Source of the DNA: Hyphomicrobiales bacterium
GTDB lineage: Bacteria; Pseudomonadota; Alphaproteobacteria; Rhizobiales; Hyphomicrobiaceae
Assembly: GCA_031418955.1 (NCBI GenBank)
Contig: JANOJW010000182.1
Coordinates: forward strand, 1-43,550
Reading direction: 5' to 3'
DNA length: 43,550 nucleotides
Below, one piece after another: positions 27,737 to 37,311 of the stretch. The position numbers were made by a program, and so were the translations under genes. Position 1 is the stretch's first letter. Each line of letters opens with the position of its first letter. The notes beneath the pieces are model-generated. The model made no database searches and was not told the DNA's origin. It was given only the letters and a program-made list of their open reading frames with translations.

Positions 27737-30700
27737 ATGTCGAAGCTTGTTCGCGCCGCGCTCGTCGCCGCGCTCGCTTTTGCGCCCATCCACGCCCTGG
27801 CCCAGACACCTGCGTCCGCGCCAACGCCCACTCCGGGGTCAGCTTCGACGCTCGCGCTGCCCGAGACGCGGCTCGAAGCGCAGCGCTTCGAGGCGGATCT
27901 GCGTGAACAGGTGCGGCCCAAACCGCAGCCGGTCGCGGCCCTGCGCCGGGAGGCGGACCGCCTTCTCGCCGCCGGCAATGGGCGCGAAGCGCTGACCGCC
28001 TTGCAGACGGCGGCGTTGCTGGAGCCGGCCGAGTGGCAGCACTGGCTGGCGCTGGCCAAAGCCTACCGGACCATCAAGCCCGAGTCGGTGCGCGGCTCGG
28101 AGCGCTACAGCCTCCCCGTCGCTGCCGCAGCGAGCGCCTATCGCGCCTACGAGACCGCAAAGTCCCCTGAGGACAAGGCCGAAGCGCTCGTCGTTCTCGC
28201 CGAGGCGCTGAAATCCCGCCAGCTCTGGCGACCCGCCATTGAGGCGCTGAAAGCAAGCGTCGCGCTGCACGGCCGCGGCACCACCAAGGACGCGCTCGAA
28301 AAGCTGCAGGCCGAGCACGGCTTCCGCATGGTCGACTACAAGATCGACGCCGATTCGGCCGAGCCGCGGCTATGCCTCAACTTCTCGGAAGTCCTTGTCG
28401 GCGGCCCAGCCGAGCTCGCCAAGTTCATCGCCGTCGACGGCCGCGATCCCCAGAACATCACCGCCGATGGCCGCCAGATCTGCATCGAGGGCCTGAACCA
28501 TGGCCGTCGCTACGAGGTGCGGGTGCGCGCCGGCGTGCCGTCGGGCGTCGGCGAGCGGCTCGAGAAGGACATCGAGATCGCCTCGCAGGTGCGCGATCGC
28601 AAGCCCTCGGTCCGCGTCAGTGGCCGCGCCTACGTGTTGCCGCGCCACGGTCAGCAAGGCGTGCCCATCGTCACAACCAACACGGGCAAGGTCGCCATCG
28701 AGATCTTCCGCATCGGTGACCGCGGGTTAGCGACGATCTCGGGGCAGGACAATTTCCTCAAGCAGCTCGACAGCGCCGATCTGCAGTCGATCCGCGATCG
28801 CTTCGGCCGCAGCGTGTGGGCGGGCGAGCTCACCGTCGCCAACCGCCGCAACGAGGACGTCACCACGGCGGTCTCGGTCGGCGAAGCGATCCCCAAGCTC
28901 GAGCCCGGCGTCTACATCCTGTCTGCCGGCCTGCTGAAGCGCAGCCCAGGCGCGCAAGCACCCGACGATGGCGACGATGACGCCCGCGGCGGCGAGCGCG
29001 CGACGCAATGGTTCATCGTCTCCGACCTTGGCCTCGCCGCGCTGTCGGGCCAGGACGGCATCCACGGCTTCGTGCGCTCGATCGGCAGCGCCGAGCCGCT
29101 GTCGGGGGCGACTGTCCGACTCGTCGCGAAGAACAACGAGGTGCTCGCCACCGCCCGGACCGATGCGAGCGGCCACGTCCGCTTCGATGCTGGCTTGCGC
29201 AAGGGTGACGGGGGGCACGCACCGGCGATCCTGGTCGCGGAGACGGGCGGCGATTACGCCTTCCTCGACCTGCAGGCGGCCGCTTTCGATCTCACCGACC
29301 GCGGCGTCAAGGGTCGCGAGATGCCGGGCGCGCTCGACGCCTATCTGTTCCCCGAGCGCGGCGTTTATCGACCAGGTGAGGCGGTGCATCTGACCGGCCT
29401 CGTGCGCGACAAGGCAGGCGCTGCCGCCACGCTTCCCGTCACGCTGATCATTGCGCGACCCGATGGAGTCGAGCACCGCCGCACCGTGCTCACCGACTTG
29501 GGGCTAGGCGGTCGCAGCCTGAAGCTCGATCTCGCCGGCAACGCCATGACCGGCACCTGGCGCGCGCGCCTCCATGCCGACCCGAAGGCCGCCGCGATCG
29601 CCGAGGCGTCGTTCCTGGTCGAGGACTTTGTCCCTGAGCGGCTCGACCTCAAGCTCGACACGGCCGCGAAGGTCATCGCACTCCAGCAGGCGGCGAAGAT
29701 CACGGTCGATGGCCGCTATCTCTACGGCGCGCCGGCGGCCAGCCTCGATCTCGAAGGCGAGGTGATCGTGCGTCCGCGCTTGACGCCGCTCGACGAGTTC
29801 CCTGGGTATCGCTTCGGCCGGGCCGACGAGAAGATCACCACGATCCGCCGCCCGCTCGAGGGCCTCGTCAAGACCAGCGACGCCGGCAAAGCAGAGATCG
29901 TCGTCGGATTGCCTCCGGTCCCACGCACGGCGCGCCTGCTCGAGGCCGACGTGATCGTGCGCCTGCGCGAGGCCGGCGGGCGCACCGTCGAGCGACGCAT
30001 CACGCGTCCCGTCTCGCTCGGCGAGCCCCGCGTCGGCATCAAGCCACGCTTCACCGGCGACGTGATCGAGGCCGGCGACGCAGCCGAATTCGAGGTGATC
30101 CGCATCGACGCCGCCAACCAGCGCGCCGACGCCGGCCAGTACACGTGGGAGCTCTATCGCCTGGACCAGCGCTGGCAATGGTTCATGCGCGATGGCGCGT
30201 GGGGCTACGACACGGTGGTCACGCCGCGCAAGCTCGCGACGGGTGTTGCCGACGCCAAGCCGGGTGAGGCAGCCCGCATCGCCACCGACCGTATGCCGTG
30301 GGGACGCTACCGCCTCGACGTCACCGCTGCCGACGGCGGACCTGTGACATCCGTCGTGTTCAACTCCGGCTGGTACGGCACTGCGGATGGCGGCGACAGT
30401 CCCGAGATGCTCGACATCGCGCTCGACAAGCCGCTCTATAAGGCCGGCGAGACGGCGCGCCTGCGCATCGCCTCGAAGGATGGCGGCCGCGCGCACATCG
30501 CCGTGCTCGCCGGCGGCGTGCTGCACCAGCAGCAGGTGGTGGTGCCGGCAGGCGGCGCCGAGGTGGGGATCCTTGTCGACGCCAAGTGGCTGCCCGGTGC
30601 TTACGTCTCAGCGACCCTCTACCGCCCGCTCGACCAGGCCGCCAAGCGCATGCCGAGCCGCTCCGTCGGAATGAAGTGGCTTGGTGTCGATACCTCCGGC

Positions 30701-33070
30701 CAGACGCTGAAAGTTGCACTCGATGCACCCGCGAAGACCAAGCCGTCGACGCGGCTCGCCGTGCCGGTGAAAATCGGCGGCCTGGCAGCCGGTGAAGAGG
30801 CGCGCGTCACCATCGCGGCCGTCGATGTCGGCATCCTGAACCTGACCCGCTTCGAGCCACCAGCGCCCGAGGCGTGGTTCCATGCCCAGCGCCGCCTCGG
30901 TCTCGAGATGCGCGACCTCTACGGCCGCCTGATCGACGGCATGCGGGCCGAGCGGGGCGCGCTGCGCTCGGGCGGCGACAGTGCCAGCGGCATGCGCGCC
31001 AAGGGCACGCCACCGGTCGAGGCGACTCTCGCACTCTTCTCGGGGATCGTGAAGGTCGCGTCCGACGGCACGGCAAATGTCGCGTTCGACCTGCCGGACT
31101 TCAACGGAACGGTGCGGCTGATGGCCGTCGCCTGGAGCGGCACGCGCGTCGGCTCGGCGGCCACGGACGTCATCGTGCGCGACCAAGTGGCGCTCACAGC
31201 GTCGGCGCCGCGCTTCCTGACGCTTGGCGACGAGACGCGCATCGACATCGACGTGCACAACCTCGAGGCAGCCGACGGCGCCATGAAGATCGCCATCGAG
31301 CAGGAGACCGCATCCGGCCAGCGCCTGCAGCTGCCCGCCCGCGAACTCACCCTGAAAACCGGCGAGCGGCGCCGCGAGGCGTTCCTCATCAAGCCAGCCG
31401 ACATCGGTGAGCTCGCCTACACGGTGCGCGTCACCGGCCCGGCCGGCCTCGAGGTGCGCCGCCGCCTGACCTTCGACGTGAAGCCGCCCTCGGGCGACAT
31501 CCGCCGCACCACTGTCGCCAACCTCGCACCCAGGACCGGCAAGCTCATCGTCTCGAAGGACCTGCTCGGCGACCTGATCCCGTCGTCGACCCGCATCTCG
31601 CTCTCGGCCGGTCCGACCGCGGCGATGGACGTCGCCGGCCTGCTCGGCCAGCTCGATCGCTACCCCTACGGCTGCGCCGAGCAGACGACGAGCCGCGCCC
31701 TGCCGCTGCTCTACGTCAACGACATGGCGCGTCGTCTCGGCATCGCGGCGCAAGCCCAGATCAAGGAGCGCATCCAGAAGGCCGTCGACCGCGTCTTCGA
31801 CATGCAGGATGCGTCGGGCGCGTTCGGTATCTGGGGGCCGCAAGATGGCGACATCTGGCTGTCGGCCTATGTCACCGACTTCCTGACGCGCGCCAAGGAG
31901 GCAGGGCTAGCTGTGCGGCCCGAGCCGTTCGCTCGCGCACTCGACCGTCTCGCCAACTACTTGGCTTACGCGCAAGACTTCGAGCAGGGCGGCGAGGCTC
32001 GCGCCTACGCACTCTACGTGCTCGCCCGTAACAGCCGCGCGCCGATGGGGGACTTGCGCTACTACGTCGACACGCGCCTCGAGCGCTTCTCCTCGCCGCT
32101 CGCCCAGGCGCAAATCGGCGCGGCGCTCTCGCTCGCCGGCGACAAGGAGCGTGCCGAGAAGGCCTTCAAGGCGGCGCTTGCCCGTCTCGATGGCCCCGAC
32201 GCAGTCAATACGCTTGCGCAGTCTCGGGCCGACTACGGCTCGTTCGTGCGCGACGGCGCCGGCCTTCTCACACTTGCGGCCGAGACCGGCATCGCCAAGG
32301 CCGAGGCGCCGAAACTCGCGTCCGTTCTGGCCAAAGCGTTCCAGCGCCGCAGTTATACCTCGACGCAGGAGCAGGCCTGGATGCTGCTCGCCGCCCGCGC
32401 GCTCGCCGAGCAGGCGCGCGACACCGCCCTCACCATCGACGGCACGCCGCACAAGGGCGAGCTGCAGAAGGCTCTCTCGTTCGCGGAGGTCACGGCGAAA
32501 CCCGTTACCGTCGTCAACGCCGGCGAGGCGACGATCGATGCGGTAGTCACCGTCCTCGGCGCTTCGTTGACGCCCGAGCCTGCCGTCTCCAAGGGCTTCA
32601 CCATCACGCGCGAGTACTACACGCTCGACGGCCGCCCCGTGGACCTCGCCAGCGCCACGGGCGGCGCAGCGACCGTGCAGCAGAACGATCGTCTCGTCGT
32701 CGTCGTGCGCGTCAAGGGCGAGGACGAAGGCGGCCGCATCCTCGTCGTCGATCGCCTGCCCGCCGGCTTCGAGGTCGAGAACCCGCGCCTCGTCGACAGC
32801 GGCGACGTGAAGAGCCTCGAGTTCTTGAAGCGCGACAAGCAGCCGGCGCATACCGAGTTCCGCGACGATCGCGTGGTGGCCGCCTTCGACTTCTTCGGCA
32901 ACGGCCGCCGCAGTGGTGGTGCCTCGGCGCCCGACGCGATGGTCGCCTACATCGTCCGCGTGGTGTCGCCGGGCAGCTTCGTGCACCCCGCCGCCACCGT
33001 CGAGGACATGTACCGGCCCGAGCGGCACGCCCGCACCGACGCCGGCCGTCTCGTCGTGACAGGGCAGTGA
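27737..33070 (+). CDS. bacterial alpha-2-macroglobulin family protein (thioester-containing)
   Basis: GAGGAT RBS and ATG 27737, with a Sec signal MSKLVRAALVAALAFAPIHALA. The protein is ~1777 aa with MG-domain repeats and the thioester motif GCAEQ (CAEQ codons at 31673-31684). Its stop overlaps the downstream PBP1C ORF. Confidence 0.9.
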   Translation: MSKLVRAALVAALAFAPIHALAQTPASAPTPTPGSASTLALPETRLEAQRFEADLREQVRPKPQPVAALRREADRLLAAGNGREALTALQTAALLEPAEWQHWLALAKAYRTIKPESVRGSERYSLPVAAAASAYRAYETAKSPEDKAEALVVLAEALKSRQLWRPAIEALKASVALHGRGTTKDALEKLQAEHGFRMVDYKIDADSAEPRLCLNFSEVLVGGPAELAKFIAVDGRDPQNITADGRQICIEGLNHGRRYEVRVRAGVPSGVGERLEKDIEIASQVRDRKPSVRVSGRAYVLPRHGQQGVPIVTTNTGKVAIEIFRIGDRGLATISGQDNFLKQLDSADLQSIRDRFGRSVWAGELTVANRRNEDVTTAVSVGEAIPKLEPGVYILSAGLLKRSPGAQAPDDGDDDARGGERATQWFIVSDLGLAALSGQDGIHGFVRSIGSAEPLSGATVRLVAKNNEVLATARTDASGHVRFDAGLRKGDGGHAPAILVAETGGDYAFLDLQAAAFDLTDRGVKGREMPGALDAYLFPERGVYRPGEAVHLTGLVRDKAGAAATLPVTLIIARPDGVEHRRTVLTDLGLGGRSLKLDLAGNAMTGTWRARLHADPKAAAIAEASFLVEDFVPERLDLKLDTAAKVIALQQAAKITVDGRYLYGAPAASLDLEGEVIVRPRLTPLDEFPGYRFGRADEKITTIRRPLEGLVKTSDAGKAEIVVGLPPVPRTARLLEADVIVRLREAGGRTVERRITRPVSLGEPRVGIKPRFTGDVIEAGDAAEFEVIRIDAANQRADAGQYTWELYRLDQRWQWFMRDGAWGYDTVVTPRKLATGVADAKPGEAARIATDRMPWGRYRLDVTAADGGPVTSVVFNSGWYGTADGGDSPEMLDIALDKPLYKAGETARLRIASKDGGRAHIAVLAGGVLHQQQVVVPAGGAEVGILVDAKWLPGAYVSATLYRPLDQAAKRMPSRSVGMKWLGVDTSGQTLKVALDAPAKTKPSTRLAVPVKIGGLAAGEEARVTIAAVDVGILNLTRFEPPAPEAWFHAQRRLGLEMRDLYGRLIDGMRAERGALRSGGDSASGMRAKGTPPVEATLALFSGIVKVASDGTANVAFDLPDFNGTVRLMAVAWSGTRVGSAATDVIVRDQVALTASAPRFLTLGDETRIDIDVHNLEAADGAMKIAIEQETASGQRLQLPARELTLKTGERRREAFLIKPADIGELAYTVRVTGPAGLEVRRRLTFDVKPPSGDIRRTTVANLAPRTGKLIVSKDLLGDLIPSSTRISLSAGPTAAMDVAGLLGQLDRYPYGCAEQTTSRALPLLYVNDMARRLGIAAQAQIKERIQKAVDRVFDMQDASGAFGIWGPQDGDIWLSAYVTDFLTRAKEAGLAVRPEPFARALDRLANYLAYAQDFEQGGEARAYALYVLARNSRAPMGDLRYYVDTRLERFSSPLAQAQIGAALSLAGDKERAEKAFKAALARLDGPDAVNTLAQSRADYGSFVRDGAGLLTLAAETGIAKAEAPKLASVLAKAFQRRSYTSTQEQAWMLLAARALAEQARDTALTIDGTPHKGELQKALSFAEVTAKPVTVVNAGEATIDAVVTVLGASLTPEPAVSKGFTITREYYTLDGRPVDLASATGGAATVQQNDRLVVVVRVKGEDEGGRILVVDRLPAGFEVENPRLVDSGDVKSLEFLKRDKQPAHTEFRDDRVVAAFDFFGNGRRSGGASAPDAMVAYIVRVVSPGSFVHPAATVEDMYRPERHARTDAGRLVVTGQ

Positions 33071-35544
33071 AGCGCGCTTACCCCCTCCCCCACTGCGAGA
33101 GCAGGGCAATGGGGAGAGAGGACGAAATCCCCCGCCCCTACCAAAGAACAAGTCCTTCCATGCTTCCGCCCGCAAATCGTCATTGTCCTGCACCGAATGA
33201 TGCGGCACACTCTGTCGCATCGGGTGGGTCGGCTCCGGTCGATCCGCCCTCTGAGTTGGGGGAGACGTCCCAAGGTGGGGCGCCCAGGCGCCGCGGTAAG
33301 AGCAAAAAAACTGACCGCGGCGCCACTCCCAAATCCTCCCGTCCCAAACACTCCCGCCTCGCGCGCGCTTTCCGATCCACCAGCGTTCTGGTGCTCGCGC
33401 TCTACGTTGCTCTTGCACTCGCCGTGCGCGCTCGCGCGCCATCGCTCGATCGCGCCGACACCGTCTCAGCCGTCGTGCTCGACCGCGACGACCGCCTGCT
33501 GCGCGCCTTCACCGCGCCGGACGGCCGCTGGCGATTGCCGCTCGAGCCGCACGAGGTCGACCAGCGCTACATCGCCATGCTCGTCGCCTTCGAGGACAAG
33601 CGGTTTCATGCCCACCGCGGCATCGACCCGTCCGCACTGACACGTGCGGCCTGGCAGCTCGCGCGCAACGGCCGCATCGTCTCCGGTGGCTCGACGCTCA
33701 CCATGCAGGTCGCGCGGTTGCTCGATGGCGAGCACCAGCGAACCGGCGCGGGCAAGGCGCGACAGATGCTCGCCGCGCTGCAGCTCGAGCATCGCCTCAC
33801 CAAGACTGAGATCCTGCGGGCCTATCTCCGCCTCGCACCGTTCGGCGGCAACGTCGAGGGCGTCCGCGCCGCATCGCTGGCCTACTTCGGCAAGGAGCCG
33901 CGCCGCCTCTCGGTCGCCGAGGCAGCACTCCTGGTCGCCATCCCACAGGCGCCCGAAGCACGCCGCCCCGACATGTCTGCGCGCCTTCGGCACGACATGT
34001 CTGCGCGCCTTCGGCACGACCGTCACACCGAGGTCGCCCGCCGCGCCCGCGACCGCGTGCTCGCCCGTGCGCTCGCCGCCGGCATCATCAAGCCCGACGA
34101 GGCGGCGGACGCGCGGCGTGAGCCGGTGCCCACCGTGCGCCGCGAGTTCCCCAAGCTCAGCCCCCATCTCGCCGAGACGCAAGTCCGGCGCGAGCCGGCG
34201 CGCACCGTCCACCGCACGACCATCGACCGCGACGCGCAAGTGCGCCTCGAGCCGCTCGTCGCCGAGCATGCGAGGAAGCTCGGTCCGAAGCTGTCGGTCG
34301 CGCTGATCGCGATCGACCACCGCACCGGCGAGATCCTCGCGCACGTCGGATCGGCCGACTACTTCGACGAGACGCGGCTGGGCGCCGTCGACATGACGCA
34401 AGCCGTGCGCTCGCCGGGCTCGACCTTGAAGCCGCTCGTCTATGGCCTGGCCTTCGAAGCGGGCCTCGCGCATCCCGAGACGCTGATCGAGGACCGGCCG
34501 GAGCGCTTCGGAACCTACTTGCCGAAGAACTTCGACGATGACTTCCGCGGCACCGTGACGATCCGCGAGGCGCTGGCTGACTCGCTCAACATCCCGGCCG
34601 TCAAGGTGCTGGCCGCGGTCGGACCCTCGCGTCTCGCCGGGCGCCTGCGCCGCATCGATGCGCACCCAGTGTTCCCCGCCCGCAGCGAGCCGACACTCGC
34701 CATGGCGCTCGGCGGCGTCGGCCTCACGCTCACCGACCTGGCGCGCCTCTACACCGCACTCGCGCGCGGCGGCGAAGCCATCCCGCTCGTGCACACGCGC
34801 GACGTGAGCCCGGCACGTGTCCAACAAGCCCGCGAAGTCGCGCCTGACCGCCGGCGAGCCCTGTTGCCTGCTGCGCGCTGCCGCCTGCCCGGCGCGTCCT
34901 GCACGCCACGCCTGCTCTCCCCCGTCGCTGCCTGGTACGTCGCCGACATCCTGCGCGACGCCCCGCCTCCCGCCAGCGCTCGGGCGGGGCGCATCGCCTA
35001 CAAGACCGGCACCTCGTACGGGCACCGCGACGCCTGGGCCGCCGGGTTCGACGGCCGCCACGCGATCGTCGTGTGGGTCGGTCGCGCCGATGCGACCGCC
35101 ACGCCGGGCCTCACCGGACGCACCGCCGCAGCGCCCATCCTGTTCGATGCCTTCGCGCGTCTCGCCGATCGACCCGCACCCTTCGCTTTCGCCCCGGCCG
35201 GCGTGATCCGCGCGGCGTCCGGATCGCTGCCCCTGCCGCTGCGCCGCTTCAAGTCGCCGGGCGACGAAGCCGAGGTGTCGGGCCCTTTCCTCGAGCCGCC
35301 CGTCGCCATCGCCTTTCCGCAGGACCGCGCCGAGGTTGCGACCGAGGCCCACGAGAACCCCGAGGTCGTGCTGAAGGCCGAGGGCGGCGCGCTGCCTCTC
35401 GTGTGGCTCGTCGATGGCGCGCCGATCGACAGTGATCCCGCGCGCCGCGACGTCGTTTGGGAGCCGCAGGGCCGCGGCTTCTCGAGCATCACCGTGATCG
35501 ATGCCCGCGGCCGCACCGACCGCGTCGCCATCCGCGTGCGGTGA
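33067..35544 (+). CDS. pbpC: penicillin-binding protein 1C (PbpC; GT51 glycosyltransferase plus transpeptidase)
   Basis: GT51 motifs (FEDKRFHAHRGIDP, GGSTLTMQVARLL, RLAPFGGNV), transpeptidase motifs (SPGSTLKP, KTGTS) and a C-terminal PbpC domain. The true start is unresolved (GTG 33067 overlapping the A2M stop, ATG 33160, or later). Confidence 0.85.
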   Translation: MKRAYPLPHCESRAMGREDEIPRPYQRTSPSMLPPANRHCPAPNDAAHSVASGGSAPVDPPSELGETSQGGAPRRRGKSKKTDRGATPKSSRPKHSRLARAFRSTSVLVLALYVALALAVRARAPSLDRADTVSAVVLDRDDRLLRAFTAPDGRWRLPLEPHEVDQRYIAMLVAFEDKRFHAHRGIDPSALTRAAWQLARNGRIVSGGSTLTMQVARLLDGEHQRTGAGKARQMLAALQLEHRLTKTEILRAYLRLAPFGGNVEGVRAASLAYFGKEPRRLSVAEAALLVAIPQAPEARRPDMSARLRHDMSARLRHDRHTEVARRARDRVLARALAAGIIKPDEAADARREPVPTVRREFPKLSPHLAETQVRREPARTVHRTTIDRDAQVRLEPLVAEHARKLGPKLSVALIAIDHRTGEILAHVGSADYFDETRLGAVDMTQAVRSPGSTLKPLVYGLAFEAGLAHPETLIEDRPERFGTYLPKNFDDDFRGTVTIREALADSLNIPAVKVLAAVGPSRLAGRLRRIDAHPVFPARSEPTLAMALGGVGLTLTDLARLYTALARGGEAIPLVHTRDVSPARVQQAREVAPDRRRALLPAARCRLPGASCTPRLLSPVAAWYVADILRDAPPPASARAGRIAYKTGTSYGHRDAWAAGFDGRHAIVVWVGRADATATPGLTGRTAAAPILFDAFARLADRPAPFAFAPAGVIRAASGSLPLPLRRFKSPGDEAEVSGPFLEPPVAIAFPQDRAEVATEAHENPEVVLKAEGGALPLVWLVDGAPIDSDPARRDVVWEPQGRGFSSITVIDARGRTDRVAIRVR
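33970..34017 (+). repeat. perfect 24-bp tandem duplication inside pbpC (encodes DMSARLRH twice)
   Basis: GACATGTCTGCGCGCCTTCGGCAC is present at 33970-33993 and at 33994-34017, followed by GAC again. Confidence 0.9.
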
Positions 35545-35773
35545 GGTGGGAGGGAGGCGCAACAGGGGCCGCATGGCGAAACAGAGTTAACTCGCAAAAA
35601 CGACCCTACAGCGCGAGTCTCGACCCCTTGGCTACCCCACCACCCAAGGCCATCACGACCACGCTGCACGAGCTTGCGTGTGGCTGCGCGAGGCCATCGG
35701 CTCGTCCAATTGGCCCGACCGACACCCCCGCCGCACGCACGACGTGGTTAATCCGTTTTGTCGACGTCTGGCG

Positions 35774-36115
35774 TCACCCCGGACTGAGCCGCCCGAGGCG
35801 CACCGGCGGATCCTTCTGGTTCTCGAGCGGCAGCGCACCGTGGTCGTGCACGTGCACCATCAGCAGCTCCTGCCAGCGCGTCGTATATTGCTGGTTGACC
35901 TCGACGCGGAACTTCGTCGCACCGGCAGGCGGCGCCTTCAACGCCTTTTCGACCTCGCCGCGAAGCCCGAACAGCGAGCGCCCGCCGGCAAAGCCGATCA
36001 GCACCACGCGGTCCGCCGCATCGGCAATCTGATAAACGCCGAGCTGGCCGCTCAAGGCCTTCACGTTCTCGGGCGTCAGCGCCACCCAGGGCTTCGTCAT
36101 ACGGACTGCCATCAT
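35774..36115 (-). CDS. hypothetical small protein (possible GIY-YIG-like N-terminal motif)
   Basis: GGAG RBS and an ATGATG start. GVYQIADAADRVVLIGFAGGRSLFGLRGEVEKAL resembles the GIY...YIG...R arrangement, but this is a weak call made by eye. Confidence 0.45.
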   Translation of the reverse strand: MMAVRMTKPWVALTPENVKALSGQLGVYQIADAADRVVLIGFAGGRSLFGLRGEVEKALKAPPAGATKFRVEVNQQYTTRWQELLMVHVHDHGALPLENQKDPPVRLGRLSPG

Positions 36116-36209
36116 GAACTCCGTGGGTAGGGAGTGGGGAGTAGGGAGTGCGCACCGTGTCGAAATAGTCGTCGAGAATCGTGACCTTCATCGGTTCGTA
36201 CCGTTTCCA

Positions 36210-36512
36210 TCACTTCGCGACATCGACGACCTCGATCAGCTCGGTCGAGGCGCCCGACTGTGTCAGCAAATGCGCGGCGCTCGCTCGCTCCGGATCGCGG
36301 CGGAAGCTCTCGAATCCGTCGCGTGATGCAAAGTCCACGACATGCACCTCGATCGTGCCGTCGCCGTTGCGCAGCCGCCGCTGCAGGGTGCCACCATGTC
36401 GCGGCAACAGTGGCAGTACTGCCGCCTCGTAAGCGGCGAACGCCGCGACGCCGGCAGACGGGATGCGCGCGATCAACGTCAATGTGAGTCCCGGCACCGG
36501 CACCGCCTTCAA
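36210..36512 (-). CDS. hypothetical small protein (possibly DUF1330/dimeric alpha-beta-barrel-like)
   Basis: A 100-aa ORF with a TTG start overlapping the crotonase stop (TTGA). Protein-like composition, no motif recognised with certainty. Confidence 0.4.
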   Translation of the reverse strand: MKAVPVPGLTLTLIARIPSAGVAAFAAYEAAVLPLLPRHGGTLQRRLRNGDGTIEVHVVDFASRDGFESFRRDPERASAAHLLTQSGASTELIEVVDVAK

Positions 36513-37264
36513 TGCCCCTTGAAGTCGGCCTTGCGCTTCTCGAGGCGCGCGCGCATGCCTTCCTGGCCGTCCTTGGAAACGCGGGCTCGCTCCACCAGCA
36601 CATCGACATCGGCGTGTTCGATGGTGTCGCGAAATGCCATCTCGCGCGTGATCAGGGCCTTCATTGCCCTCAGCGAAAGGGGCGCGTTGTCGGCCAATCG
36701 CTGAACCACTTTTTGCGCCGCCGCCTCGAGCTGCGACGGCTCCGCCAGGAACGCGATGAGCCCCAAATCATGGAACTCCTTCGCCGACAGAGGATCGCCG
36801 AGCAGCAGCACCTTCTTGGCGATCACCGGGTTTGCCACCTCGAGGATCTTCTTGGCCAGGAACCAGCTCGGCGCGAGGCCCACTTGCGCAAGCGACATGC
36901 CAAAGCGCGCCGCCGTCGAGGCGACGACGATGTCGCAATGCAGCGCCAGCTCGTTGCCGCCCGCGATCGCGTCACCCTGCACGATGCCGACCACGGGCAG
37001 CGGATAAACCTCGATCGCATGCAGCATGTGCTCGATGCCGGACTCGCCCTGCGGGTTCGCCGCCCGCCATTTGAGATCGAGCCCCGCACAGAACACCGGA
37101 CCGTTGGCCCGGATCACCGCGACGCGCTCGGTTGCAGCCGGTGGCGCCGTGAACGCGGCCATGATCGCTTCCATCGTCTCGCCATCGAGCGCGTTGCGCT
37201 TCTCGGGGCGGTTCAGCAGCACGGTGCGCACCGCGCCTTCGACTTTCCATTCAACGCTCGCCAT
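36509..37264 (-). CDS. enoyl-CoA hydratase/isomerase (crotonase) family protein
   Basis: LNRPEKRNALD, ...FCAGLDLK..., ...GDAIAGGNELALHCDIVVAS... are crotonase-fold motifs. Confidence 0.85.
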   Translation of the reverse strand: MASVEWKVEGAVRTVLLNRPEKRNALDGETMEAIMAAFTAPPAATERVAVIRANGPVFCAGLDLKWRAANPQGESGIEHMLHAIEVYPLPVVGIVQGDAIAGGNELALHCDIVVASTAARFGMSLAQVGLAPSWFLAKKILEVANPVIAKKVLLLGDPLSAKEFHDLGLIAFLAEPSQLEAAAQKVVQRLADNAPLSLRAMKALITREMAFRDTIEHADVDVLVERARVSKDGQEGMRARLEKRKADFKGH

Positions 37265-37311
37265 GACGCTCCTGCCCGCTCGCTATTGCCGATTGCCAAT
37301 TCCCGACTGCC

